Source: Fidelibacterota bacterium
GTDB lineage: Bacteria > Fidelibacterota > UBA2242
Assembly: GCA_049975265.1 (NCBI GenBank)
Contig: JBNGDF010000005.1
Span: forward strand, 18,654 to 82,653
DNA length: 64,000 nt
Reading direction: 5' to 3'
In this document: positions 9,062 to 17,977 of the stretch, in pieces
Position numbering within the stretch: position 1 is the stretch's first letter
Layout of the letters: every line of letters starts with the position of its first letter
Translations under genes and position numbers: made by a program
Notes under the pieces: model-generated
What the model was told of the DNA's origin: nothing
The model's input: only the letters and a program-made list of their open reading frames with translations
The model's database searches: none

Positions 9062-10230
9062 TGGATTTTCCCCCTGATTGCTTCGGTGGGTTCCATTTTG
9101 GCAATGCGGCGCGCCGGCAGGTAACTCACGATAGTGGTGGTGACTAAGACGATAAGCGTAGTGCCAAATACCAAACCCAATGAGTAGCTTGGATAAATCT
9201 TTTCGGCGATGGTCAATCCAAAATCGTCGGTGCCAGCGGGCATCGCCCAGCCAATTTTAGCCTGGTAAGCCAAAAGCGGGATGCCGTAAATTGCTGCTAA
9301 AATGGCAGCCAGGATCGAATGCATGGCGCCTTCCACCGTGAAAAGTGCAATGACCTGCCGTTGCGTCATGCCTAACGCGATATGCGTCCCGATCTCTTTT
9401 TGGCGGCGGAAAATGGACAACACCTGGGTATCGAAAATCGCCAGCATTGCCAGTGCCATCAATATAGTAAACATGACATAACCGCCGATGGATTTCGTTT
9501 TGATCATTTTCCGGATATCTTCCATCAGGAAATATTGATTTTTAAATTCCCAGCCCGGTATTTTACCGATGAAGCCGCTCTCCGGCGCAGTAATCAGCAT
9601 GGTCGCCTCATTGGGCATGCGCACTATCCGGCGGTGTTTTTCCAGCGGAATCCAGACAATCCCGGCATCCATTGTCTGTACGTTGGTTTCGAAAATATGG
9701 ACAATTTTTACTTCATCCGCATCGAAGGTGCCGTTTACATCGCGCCAGCGGACGGTTACGTAATCGCCCACCGCCAGCTTGCTGTTTTTGGCGGTCCGTT
9801 CGCCGATGATCGCCGGAATGTCACCGCCATCGCTTTTTAAGTGATGCGTTGGCAGCTCAATAATGGTTTGGTTCGGATCGATACCCCGGAGAGAGATGCT
9901 CTGAATGCGACCCTGGGGATACATATTTGCTTGGCTGATCAGTACCGGCGTCAGCAGACCTTTGCGAACCGCTTCCCGGGCGAGTTCGGGCAGCGGGGCA
10001 TGACTGTCATCGATAGTAAAGGGATCGTAGGGGTCGTAATTTTTCTGCCAGTATTGACCGCCCCCGACTTGCCAGGCGATGGTATCGCGTTGTGCCTGTT
10101 CGTTCCAGCCGTTCAGAACGCCTTTGAACCAGATGATGACTACAAATGCCAGCGAAAGGACGAAAACGTTCAGCCAGGTCCGCAACCGGGCGCCGATCAA
10201 ATTTCGAAATGCCAGTTTTAGTGCTAACAT
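9058..10230 (-). CDS. ABC transporter permease, FtsX/LolC-like
   Basis: KLAFRNL...RRQKEIGTHIALG...PARRIAKMEPTEAIR; GGAGG RBS before ATG 10230. Confidence 0.85.
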   Translation of the reverse strand: MLALKLAFRNLIGARLRTWLNVFVLSLAFVVIIWFKGVLNGWNEQAQRDTIAWQVGGGQYWQKNYDPYDPFTIDDSHAPLPELAREAVRKGLLTPVLISQANMYPQGRIQSISLRGIDPNQTIIELPTHHLKSDGGDIPAIIGERTAKNSKLAVGDYVTVRWRDVNGTFDADEVKIVHIFETNVQTMDAGIVWIPLEKHRRIVRMPNEATMLITAPESGFIGKIPGWEFKNQYFLMEDIRKMIKTKSIGGYVMFTILMALAMLAIFDTQVLSIFRRQKEIGTHIALGMTQRQVIALFTVEGAMHSILAAILAAIYGIPLLAYQAKIGWAMPAGTDDFGLTIAEKIYPSYSLGLVFGTTLIVLVTTTIVSYLPARRIAKMEPTEAIRGKIQ

Positions 10231-10263
10231 ATTATCCTCCCTCAAAAAGGTTCTTCGAACCGG

Positions 10264-10965
10264 TTATTCTTTGACGATCTGTTCGTCTTTGGCTACTTTC
10301 CCGTCCAGCAGAGTAATCTTGCGGTGCAGGTACTGGATGACCTTTTCGTCGTGAGTGGCAAAGATAAAGGTGGTTTTCAATTCCCGATTCAGGTTTTCCA
10401 TGGTCTGCAGGATGTTATGGGAATTTTCGGCATCCAGGTTGGCGGTGGGTTCATCCGCCAGAACGATTTTTGGGGATTTGACCATGGCGCGGGCAATCGA
10501 AACGCGCTGACATTCGCCGCCGGACAGTTGCGGCGGACGGGATTTACGTTTGTCCTGCAGACCGACCCATTCCAGCGCCTGGTCCACCAGTTTACGCCGT
10601 TTGTCTTTTTCTATTTTTAACAAAAGTAGCGGTAGTTCGACATTTTCAAAGACATTGTACACCGGCAGAAGATTGTAGGTCTGGAAGATAAATCCCAGGT
10701 GTTGATTGCGCAGGTCGGCTGACTGGCGGGCGTTGAGTTTGTTGATTGATTGTCCCAGGACCAGTGCTTCGCCCTGAGTGGGCACGTCCAGTGAACCCAC
10801 GATATTCAGAAGAGTCGTTTTACCGGAGCCGCTGGGACCGACGAGTCCAGCAAATTCACCCTTACCGATGGTCAGATTGATATCCTCCAATGCCCGGAAG
10901 TAACCACGCCCCACCGGATAATCCTTGGTCAGATTTTGCGTTGTGATTAATTGACCGTTTTCCAT
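10264..10965 (-). CDS. ABC transporter ATP-binding protein (LolD/MacB type)
   Basis: Walker A GPSGSGKT, LSGGE signature, ADEPTANLD, ATHD. Confidence 0.92.
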   Translation of the reverse strand: MENGQLITTQNLTKDYPVGRGYFRALEDINLTIGKGEFAGLVGPSGSGKTTLLNIVGSLDVPTQGEALVLGQSINKLNARQSADLRNQHLGFIFQTYNLLPVYNVFENVELPLLLLKIEKDKRRKLVDQALEWVGLQDKRKSRPPQLSGGECQRVSIARAMVKSPKIVLADEPTANLDAENSHNILQTMENLNRELKTTFIFATHDEKVIQYLHRKITLLDGKVAKDEQIVKE

Positions 10966-11094
10966 TAGTATATCCTTTCTTTTTTTACCGCCAAGACGCT
11001 GAGTTCTCGCCAAGTTCGCAAAGATTAATTTTAACAAATATGGTTTTCATTATTTTTACTTCCACGTTGCGCTCCCTGCGGTTATGACGGATTA

Positions 11095-12171
11095 TCAGTG
11101 ATTGTAAATGAGCATTAAACGAATTCCGATATTGCTGCCGAAAGCGTTGATGGTAGGCAATTGTATATCCGGAAAGTGAAACAGCGCCAGATTGAGCATA
11201 ATTTTATCATAGCTGCGCTGCCAGCTGATATACTGAATGAAGTCTTCAGTGTCCCAAAAATAAAATATCATCAGTGCCAGATTATCGAACAATCCCAGCG
11301 GATAATTCAGCATTAATGCGGATAATTGGGCATCCTGATCGGATTCATGAAACTTGTTCGACAGCCGATGGATCATGTGTTCCCCGAGAACATACAGCCC
11401 GTTCCCGACACTAAAAGTATAATCGGTTCCCATCGTCAGCGACTTGGTGTAATGATACGGTGCGGCGATTTCCTGATGCTGCACAAGCGCCTCAAACCAG
11501 ACACCCACGACGACATCCCAGCGTCCGTCAAAAGCGATTCGGTTTTCCCGAAAATCAGCAGGGGAGCTGTGAACGGTTCGGGTATGTCCCGAGACCGCTG
11601 TTTCGCCCATGGGTACAGGAACCTGCAGCCGGGCGCCCAATTCCGGTTTGGTTTTCACACTGCCAGCCGTTTCCCAGCCCTTGGCATCACCATTACCGTA
11701 CAATCCCCAAAGCCAGATGTTGGCATTGTTCAGAAAAATGAAGCGATACCGCAGACCCCAGACGCCTTCGGCAATATTCATCGGGTCGGTGGGATTCTGG
11801 CGCTCAAACCACATCAGTGCCCGCAGTAGCTGTGCCGGTCCGAAATTGATTTTTTGCAGACCTACTTGAATTTCCGATTGAGGGGTGGCGTAACGCAGAT
11901 TCAGCCGGTAGGGGCGGATATCATCATGGTACTGTCCGGTTTCCTGATTGATATAGCCATGAAGCGACAGTTCAAGATCGATAAAATGGGAGGGTGAGAA
12001 GGATTTCGAAATCTGCAGGTTGGGGATATACTGAATTCTCGCGCTGCCGTACCAGATGCCGCCGGATTCCCAGCCGGTGCCGCTGAATGACAGCTGCCCC
12101 CTGATGTTCGTCTCCGTTGCGGAGAGCAGCGAGAAAATTCCTAAAAGCGATATCAGGAAGCGGGAGTTCAC
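11095..12171 (-). CDS. Putative outer-membrane beta-barrel protein associated with the ABC operon
   Basis: Signal peptide, GLQKINFG motif, alternating aromatic strands; operonic with TetR and ABC genes. Confidence 0.6.
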   Translation of the reverse strand: MNSRFLISLLGIFSLLSATETNIRGQLSFSGTGWESGGIWYGSARIQYIPNLQISKSFSPSHFIDLELSLHGYINQETGQYHDDIRPYRLNLRYATPQSEIQVGLQKINFGPAQLLRALMWFERQNPTDPMNIAEGVWGLRYRFIFLNNANIWLWGLYGNGDAKGWETAGSVKTKPELGARLQVPVPMGETAVSGHTRTVHSSPADFRENRIAFDGRWDVVVGVWFEALVQHQEIAAPYHYTKSLTMGTDYTFSVGNGLYVLGEHMIHRLSNKFHESDQDAQLSALMLNYPLGLFDNLALMIFYFWDTEDFIQYISWQRSYDKIMLNLALFHFPDIQLPTINAFGSNIGIRLMLIYNH

Positions 12172-12788
12172 TTTTTATCCTCATCCGGAATCGGCATCAA
12201 ACCGTAATAAATGAAGTTGTTAACCTCAAGGGCAAATTCCGTATAGTTATCGTAGAGCGCCACCAGCTGTTCGTTTTTGGCGAGCTCCAGAAGCTGGTTA
12301 ACAACAGCGAGGAAAAACTCCGGACGAATGGACTTACGAACCTCACCCTTTTCCTGAGCCTGTTGGATGAGTTTTATGAACCATTGCATGACTTTTGTCA
12401 GCATCTGATTATAGAAATCCTGCAGTTCCGGAACAACGTCCAGATAATCCTTGATATATTGGTCACCCATCGCCGTGGTGGCTTCGGCTTTCAATTTCAG
12501 GATCATGCTAACCTTCTCCTGGAAAGTGGCGCCGGTTTTATCCAGCGCATCCAGTTTTGCCATGCTATCATCCATAATCCTTTGCCAGAGATACTTGATC
12601 AGTTCGTTCTTATTGGCAAAATATTTATAAAAGGTCATTTTGCTGACTCCGGCGGTCTGACAGATTTCCTCCACCGTGACCTTCTTGAAACCGAATTGAT
12701 TGAAAAGAGTATCGGCGGCTGTGATGATTTGATGCTTTTTGGGGGGTATTTTTTTGGTTTTCATGTTTGTAGCGGGTTTACGATTCAT
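12168..12788 (-). CDS. TetR/AcrR-family transcriptional regulator
   Basis: LFNQFGFKKVTVEEICQTAGVSKMTFYKYFANKNEL HTH; start at 12788 or 12764. Confidence 0.9.
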   Translation of the reverse strand: MNRKPATNMKTKKIPPKKHQIITAADTLFNQFGFKKVTVEEICQTAGVSKMTFYKYFANKNELIKYLWQRIMDDSMAKLDALDKTGATFQEKVSMILKLKAEATTAMGDQYIKDYLDVVPELQDFYNQMLTKVMQWFIKLIQQAQEKGEVRKSIRPEFFLAVVNQLLELAKNEQLVALYDNYTEFALEVNNFIYYGLMPIPDEDKK

Positions 12789-12798
12789 ATTTTTAAAA

Positions 12799-12910
12799 AC
12801 GAAATTCGTATATATTTTACCATTTCGTAAAGCAAAATGCAAGAAAAATATTTACGAATTGTTCTTCAATTTACTTTATTCGTAAAATAGAGGTGGGATC
12901 GTAATACGAA
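12799..12910 (-). promoter_or_regulatory. Promoter of the tetR-ABC operon with clustered TACGAA elements
   Basis: Minus strand TTGCAT-N17-TAAAAT. (T)ACGAA/TTCGTA occurs six times in ~110 bp, including the palindrome ACGAAATTCGT at 12799-12809. Confidence 0.55.
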
Positions 12911-12924
12911 AGCGGTGGTTTGTC

Positions 12925-14394
12925 TTAAACTGCAGCGGGATGGGTAAGCGTTTTGTATAATTTGAGGTACTGTTTGGCGGATTGCCGCCAGGAAAAATCC
13001 GCCTGCATGCCGTTCTGCTGGAGCAGTCGCCACGTTTTGGGATTGGAAAAGACTGATACTGCATCGCTGACGGCAATGACCAGGTCATCCGCGCTATAGT
13101 TCGCAAACAGAAAACCGTTGCCGGTCTCTCCGTTCCACTGTGTGATGGTATCCGCCAGTCCGCCGGTTTTGTGAATCACCGGGACGGTCCCGTATGACAA
13201 AGCTGCCATCTGGGTGATACCGCAGGGTTCGTAGCGGGAAGGCATTAGAAAGATATCACAACCAGCCAGGATTTTATGGGAGAGCGGGTTATTATAGCCG
13301 GAGTTAAATTTGAACTGTTTGGAATGATGATCGGCGATCCGCCGCAGCGATTGCTCATACTTCGCTTCGCCACTGCCCAGGATGACGATGGCAATCTCCA
13401 TTTTCAGAATCCGCTCCAGCGCTTCGATCAAAATTGGAATCCCTTTCTGTTCGACCAGCCGGGAGACCAATCCGATGAGAGGTTTATGGACATATTCCGG
13501 ACTGATGCCGACATCGTTCATCAGGGCGACCTTATTATGGTATTTTTCCGCAATGGTCTGAAGAGAATAAGGCTGGGTGATGTAGCGGTCGGTAGTGGGA
13601 TTCCATTCGGAATAATTAACCCCATTCAGGATTCCATGCACCGGTTTACCGGTTGCCAGCAACACATTTTTCAAGCCGGCACTCATGGTATCGTCGGTTA
13701 CAATTTCTATTGCATGCGTCGGGCTGACGGTGCTGATGGCATCGGCGTACAGGATGCCGGCTTTGAGCGGATTGATCTGTCCGAACCACTCCAGCGGTGC
13801 CGTGGGGTAAAACAGTTCGTCGGGTAAATTATAGATCCGGCGGGCACTCATCTCTGTAATCCCCTGATAGCCGACATTGTGCAGGGTCAGCAGGGTCTTT
13901 GTCTCCTGAAAATCACGATATTCCCGGGATTTCGCTTTCAGATAGACCGGAATCAGGGCGCAGTGATTATCATTGCAATGAAAAACAGCGGGTTGCAGGT
14001 TGAGTAACCGGGCGGCTTCCAGACCTGCCTTTGAGAAAAGCAGAAAGCGCTGTGCGCTGTCGCTGTAGTAGTGTCCGTTTTGATCGGCATAAACGCCCCG
14101 TGAACCGAAATAGAACTCATTTTCGATGAAAAAGATTTGGAAATGTGAATTTTGTGGTGGCTGCCAGCGGGACAAACCACACGCGATGGTTTCGTTACCG
14201 ATGTCGACATTGAACCGGTAGGGACTGCTTTCCAGTTTAAACTTTCGGCGATTTATCGTCCCGTACGCCGGTGTTATTACCGTCATATCCACGCCCAAGG
14301 ATGCCAATTCGACGGGTAGTGCACCGGCTACATCGCCCAGTCCGCCGACTTTGGAGAAGGGGTACACCTCTGCTGAAACAAATACGATCTGCAT
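12925..14394 (-). CDS. glgA: Glycogen synthase (GT5)
   Basis: SAEVYPFSKVGGLGDV, HCND, GILNGV, SRLVEQKG, MPSRYEPCGITQ, TGGLADT motifs. Confidence 0.93.
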   Translation of the reverse strand: MQIVFVSAEVYPFSKVGGLGDVAGALPVELASLGVDMTVITPAYGTINRRKFKLESSPYRFNVDIGNETIACGLSRWQPPQNSHFQIFFIENEFYFGSRGVYADQNGHYYSDSAQRFLLFSKAGLEAARLLNLQPAVFHCNDNHCALIPVYLKAKSREYRDFQETKTLLTLHNVGYQGITEMSARRIYNLPDELFYPTAPLEWFGQINPLKAGILYADAISTVSPTHAIEIVTDDTMSAGLKNVLLATGKPVHGILNGVNYSEWNPTTDRYITQPYSLQTIAEKYHNKVALMNDVGISPEYVHKPLIGLVSRLVEQKGIPILIEALERILKMEIAIVILGSGEAKYEQSLRRIADHHSKQFKFNSGYNNPLSHKILAGCDIFLMPSRYEPCGITQMAALSYGTVPVIHKTGGLADTITQWNGETGNGFLFANYSADDLVIAVSDAVSVFSNPKTWRLLQQNGMQADFSWRQSAKQYLKLYKTLTHPAAV

Positions 14395-14405
14395 GGAATT
14401 TGGGT

Positions 14406-16118
14406 CTATTTTCCCAGTGTGCACCAGTAACGAAAATCGAGGGTGGGAAAGATTTCGTCATCTTTCTGAATGCGATCGAGATATTCTCTGGCGCCGTCGC
14501 TGAGACTGCCATCCGCCAGATATGTATCCAGAATCCGCCGCAGATTTTTGATCCGCTCATCGTGAACAGTGACACGGTCTTCCGCATAATCCCGGGCGCT
14601 CCAGGTACTGATCAGAAATTGCCAGTCGGAACTTTCGAGCAGCAGCAGCTGCCGCGCTATAATGTTGAGGATTTCCGCCAGCGTTGCGTCATTGGTGTCT
14701 TTATACTGATCCGCCAACGCGATCATCCGATCTTCGGCGGCATAAATGTGTTTCCAGGTCCACTGGGTCCATTCATTCAGCCAGATATAGTGAAAACCAC
14801 CCTGTCCCCAGGAGCCCTCCGGCAGTGAGACGGAGATTTTCGGCGGGTTATCGCGAAGATGTTCACCGAGCGTCACTTTGCGGACCGAGGTGTCGCCGTT
14901 CAGTTTGCGCAGGACCTTTCCCACCCAGCGCGTTCCTTCGAACCACCAGTGCCCGAACAGCTCTGTATCAAAGGGGGCCGTCAGAATGCCGGTCCGGCCG
15001 GTTGCGGCATAATGTTGATGAAGGTAATCATGGACCAACCCTGCAAAATGGGAAGCCTGGTTTTCCAGTGCCTCCTCCACATCTTCGGGATAGTATTCCT
15101 GCTTGTCGGCGAGGTCTGCTTTGGCACTGGTCACCTTCCAGAAGCGGTGTCCGCCGGGATAGTGTTTTTTATGAAAATCCAGATAGCGCCCGTCGCCGGG
15201 ATAGCCGTATTCGCCGCTCCAGACCTGCAGTGAAGACTCTTCGTGCCGTCCGTAGACCACCGCTGCCCGGCTTGTTCCGGTGGAGCTGACCAGATAATTT
15301 TCGTAAATCGATCGTTCGGTGGTCTCTTTACGGGGTTTCCAGTTTTTCTCGAATTGACGCCAGAGCTGTTTCAGAGAGTCAAAGCGGTCGATATAAACCC
15401 CCTTGCCTTCGCCGCCCATAATCAGGTGCTTATCAACGATGAAATACTGAATGTCGTATTTGTAGAGAAATTCTTCGATCCCTTTGCGCTGAAATATTTT
15501 CGGGTATTCGGGAATCGGTGATGACCATTCATAACTGGGGCGATAGGCGCATTCCGGCAGCCACATTCCCCGGGGCGCGCACCCAAAATGGCGCTGGTAA
15601 GTCTCCTTTCCAATCCGTATCTGGGCATCGATCGCCTCGTCGGAGCCCAGCAGCGGAAAATATCCATGGGTAGCCGCGCAGGTGATGATTTCGATCTGCT
15701 CATCTTCCTGAAGTTTGCGGAATCCCGCCAGCAGATCCTGGTGGTAAACGTCGCTAAAACGTTGTTTGATATCGGTATAGAAATTTAACCAGAACTGTGC
15801 CAGCCGCTCGAGATGTTCGTTCCCGAGTTTGACAAATTCCAGCTGATTATCCCTGGCTGCCTCAATTTTCTGGTCAAGGTAGTGAATCAGACCGGCTTTG
15901 AATTTATCCGCCGCCAGCTGCTCCGCCAGGATAGGAGTAATTCCTAGAGTGACCTTGGGACTGATGCCGTCGGCTGCCAGTGAGTCCAGTTCCTTCAGCA
16001 GAGGAATATAGGTTTCTGCAGCGGCTTCGTAGAGCCAGTCCATGCCGTGGGGCCATTCGCCGTGATTGATCACATAGGGGAGATGGCTATGAAATACAAA
16101 AGTAAAGTATCCTTCCAT
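14406..16118 (-). CDS. GH57 alpha-1,4-glucan branching enzyme (DUF1957)
   Basis: HSHLPYV, ETYIPL, GMWLPECAY (nucleophile), PFDTELFGHWWFEG (acid/base), ESSDWQF. Confidence 0.9.
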   Translation of the reverse strand: MEGYFTFVFHSHLPYVINHGEWPHGMDWLYEAAAETYIPLLKELDSLAADGISPKVTLGITPILAEQLAADKFKAGLIHYLDQKIEAARDNQLEFVKLGNEHLERLAQFWLNFYTDIKQRFSDVYHQDLLAGFRKLQEDEQIEIITCAATHGYFPLLGSDEAIDAQIRIGKETYQRHFGCAPRGMWLPECAYRPSYEWSSPIPEYPKIFQRKGIEEFLYKYDIQYFIVDKHLIMGGEGKGVYIDRFDSLKQLWRQFEKNWKPRKETTERSIYENYLVSSTGTSRAAVVYGRHEESSLQVWSGEYGYPGDGRYLDFHKKHYPGGHRFWKVTSAKADLADKQEYYPEDVEEALENQASHFAGLVHDYLHQHYAATGRTGILTAPFDTELFGHWWFEGTRWVGKVLRKLNGDTSVRKVTLGEHLRDNPPKISVSLPEGSWGQGGFHYIWLNEWTQWTWKHIYAAEDRMIALADQYKDTNDATLAEILNIIARQLLLLESSDWQFLISTWSARDYAEDRVTVHDERIKNLRRILDTYLADGSLSDGAREYLDRIQKDDEIFPTLDFRYWCTLGK

Positions 16119-16344
16119 AATATCCTCAGGTTTTTATTGTTCCGTTTTCAATGCCCCGTAAAATACAACAGTTTGAATTAAAAATCCGCTACTCTTTTTC
16201 GGGCGGGAGAAATGTTGGTTTGGGTTATCTCCTGGCAAGGAAAATTGACCTGCGGGTGGAGTAGCCGGTTCCAGTACAGAAAGCCCTGTGCTGTTCACAC
16301 AAGGCTTGGAGGAGGAGAAGAAGGGAACTGTATGTTTTTTGGGT

Positions 16345-16731
16345 TTATTCCAGGTTTCGGGAGGCGATCAGGGGAATTCCCGAACCGGCAATGTTTTCCA
16401 TCAGAATATCTCCCATTTTGACTGGAGTCGCTACTTCTATCCGGTTGATTTCATTCATACAAGGAAATATCAGATGTTTGGGAATTGCTTCCCGGGTGCG
16501 CACCGGTAAACGTTTATAGTGGGAGTTAATAACCTTTACTGTGGAGGTTAGTATTCGGCGGGGGTCGGTCATTTCAGCGATCGCATAACTGATGCCCCGT
16601 TTGCAGGAATTACCCTCTACCCGAAATCCGTTTTCCGATTTTTCATCGCGGTAAACCGTCAGCCTGCAACCAATCGGGCAGGCGGTACAGATAAGCTCTT
16701 TAGATTGCATATGATGTTTTTTCTCCATCAA
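16345..16731 (-). CDS. DUF1667 CxxC protein, small subunit of the glycerol-3-phosphate dehydrogenase triad
   Basis: ICTACPIGC...GNSCKRG...PRRILTSTV...LPVRT. Confidence 0.85.
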   Translation of the reverse strand: MMEKKHHMQSKELICTACPIGCRLTVYRDEKSENGFRVEGNSCKRGISYAIAEMTDPRRILTSTVKVINSHYKRLPVRTREAIPKHLIFPCMNEINRIEVATPVKMGDILMENIAGSGIPLIASRNLE

Positions 16732-17977
16732 TGTGCAGGGAAATTGTTTTCGGTTGAATGGTTTTCATGATATTGGAATTAATCCGTACCCGTTCCATTT
16801 CACCAGGGGCAAGGTGGAGTCGTTTGACCTCTTTGATTATTTTTCCATCGGCTTGAATCCGGATTCTGGCATTGCGATACACCCTGGTGACCCGCAGCAT
16901 GATGTCCAGAATTCCGTTCAGATTATCAAGGCGGATATACTGAGGGATGACGTAGCTGACGCCCTCTTCCGGTACGACAGGGATAGAGGGGATGTTTTCA
17001 TTGATTTCTTCAAAAATATAATGTGCGGCGCCGGCACCGGCTTTCCGGGCTTCTTCAGTGACATAATCAGCCAAGTCGTGCACATGGGTGACATTTCCGC
17101 AGGCAAAGAATCCTTCGACGCTGGTTTCCATACTCTCGTTGACCAGCGGACCACCGGTTCTCGGATCAAGTTTGATATTAGCCTGGAGGGATAATTCATT
17201 TTCCGGGATCAGTCCCACGGAAAGCAAAAGAGTATCGCATTGGTACTCTTTTTCGCTGCCCGGGATCGGTTTTAGGTTCTGATCCACCTTGGAAATAGTG
17301 ACGCCTGTGACACGGTCTTTACCCCTGATATTGGTGACAGTATGGTTCAGTAGCAAGGGAATGTCGTAATCGTGGAGACACTGAACGATATTGCGGGTCA
17401 AGCCGCTGGAATAGGGCATCAGCTCCGCAACCGCCATAACTTTGGCGCCCTCCAGTGTAAGGCGCCGTGCCATAATTAAACCTATATCACCGGAACCGAG
17501 AATCACAATCCGCCGACCCACCATGTAACCTTCGATATTGATAAATCGTTGAGCAGTACCGGCAGTAAGGACACCCGCCGGTCGGGTTCCGGGAATCCGA
17601 ATGGCGCCCCGGGTCCGCTCACGGCAACCCATGGCTAAAATGATAGCATTGGCAGAGATGTGGATCAAGCCATCCTGTTTATTGATGGCGGTGATGGTTT
17701 TGATTTCTGAAATGTCCATTACCATCGTATCGGTTTTATATTCAATGTCCATTTCGAGAAGTTCATTGATAAACCGCTGGGCATATTCTGGTCCGGTCAG
17801 TTCTTCTTTAAAAATATGTAAGCCGAAGCCGTTATGGATACACTGCTGCAAAATGCCGCCCAGTTCAAGGTCTCTTTCGAGAACTAAAATATTTTGGACA
17901 CCCTTTTTCCGGGCTTCGATGGCAGCTGCCAAACCGGCGGGACCGCCTCCGATGACGACCAACTCGTAATTCAGCAT
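16700..17977 (-). CDS. NAD(P)/FAD-dependent pyridine nucleotide-disulphide oxidoreductase (partner subunit)
   Basis: IGGGPAGLAAA, GGILQQCIHNGFG, MGCRERTRG, GSGDIGLIMARR, CGNVTHVHDL. Confidence 0.88.
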   Translation of the reverse strand: MLNYELVVIGGGPAGLAAAIEARKKGVQNILVLERDLELGGILQQCIHNGFGLHIFKEELTGPEYAQRFINELLEMDIEYKTDTMVMDISEIKTITAINKQDGLIHISANAIILAMGCRERTRGAIRIPGTRPAGVLTAGTAQRFINIEGYMVGRRIVILGSGDIGLIMARRLTLEGAKVMAVAELMPYSSGLTRNIVQCLHDYDIPLLLNHTVTNIRGKDRVTGVTISKVDQNLKPIPGSEKEYQCDTLLLSVGLIPENELSLQANIKLDPRTGGPLVNESMETSVEGFFACGNVTHVHDLADYVTEEARKAGAGAAHYIFEEINENIPSIPVVPEEGVSYVIPQYIRLDNLNGILDIMLRVTRVYRNARIRIQADGKIIKEVKRLHLAPGEMERVRINSNIMKTIQPKTISLHIDGEKTSYAI

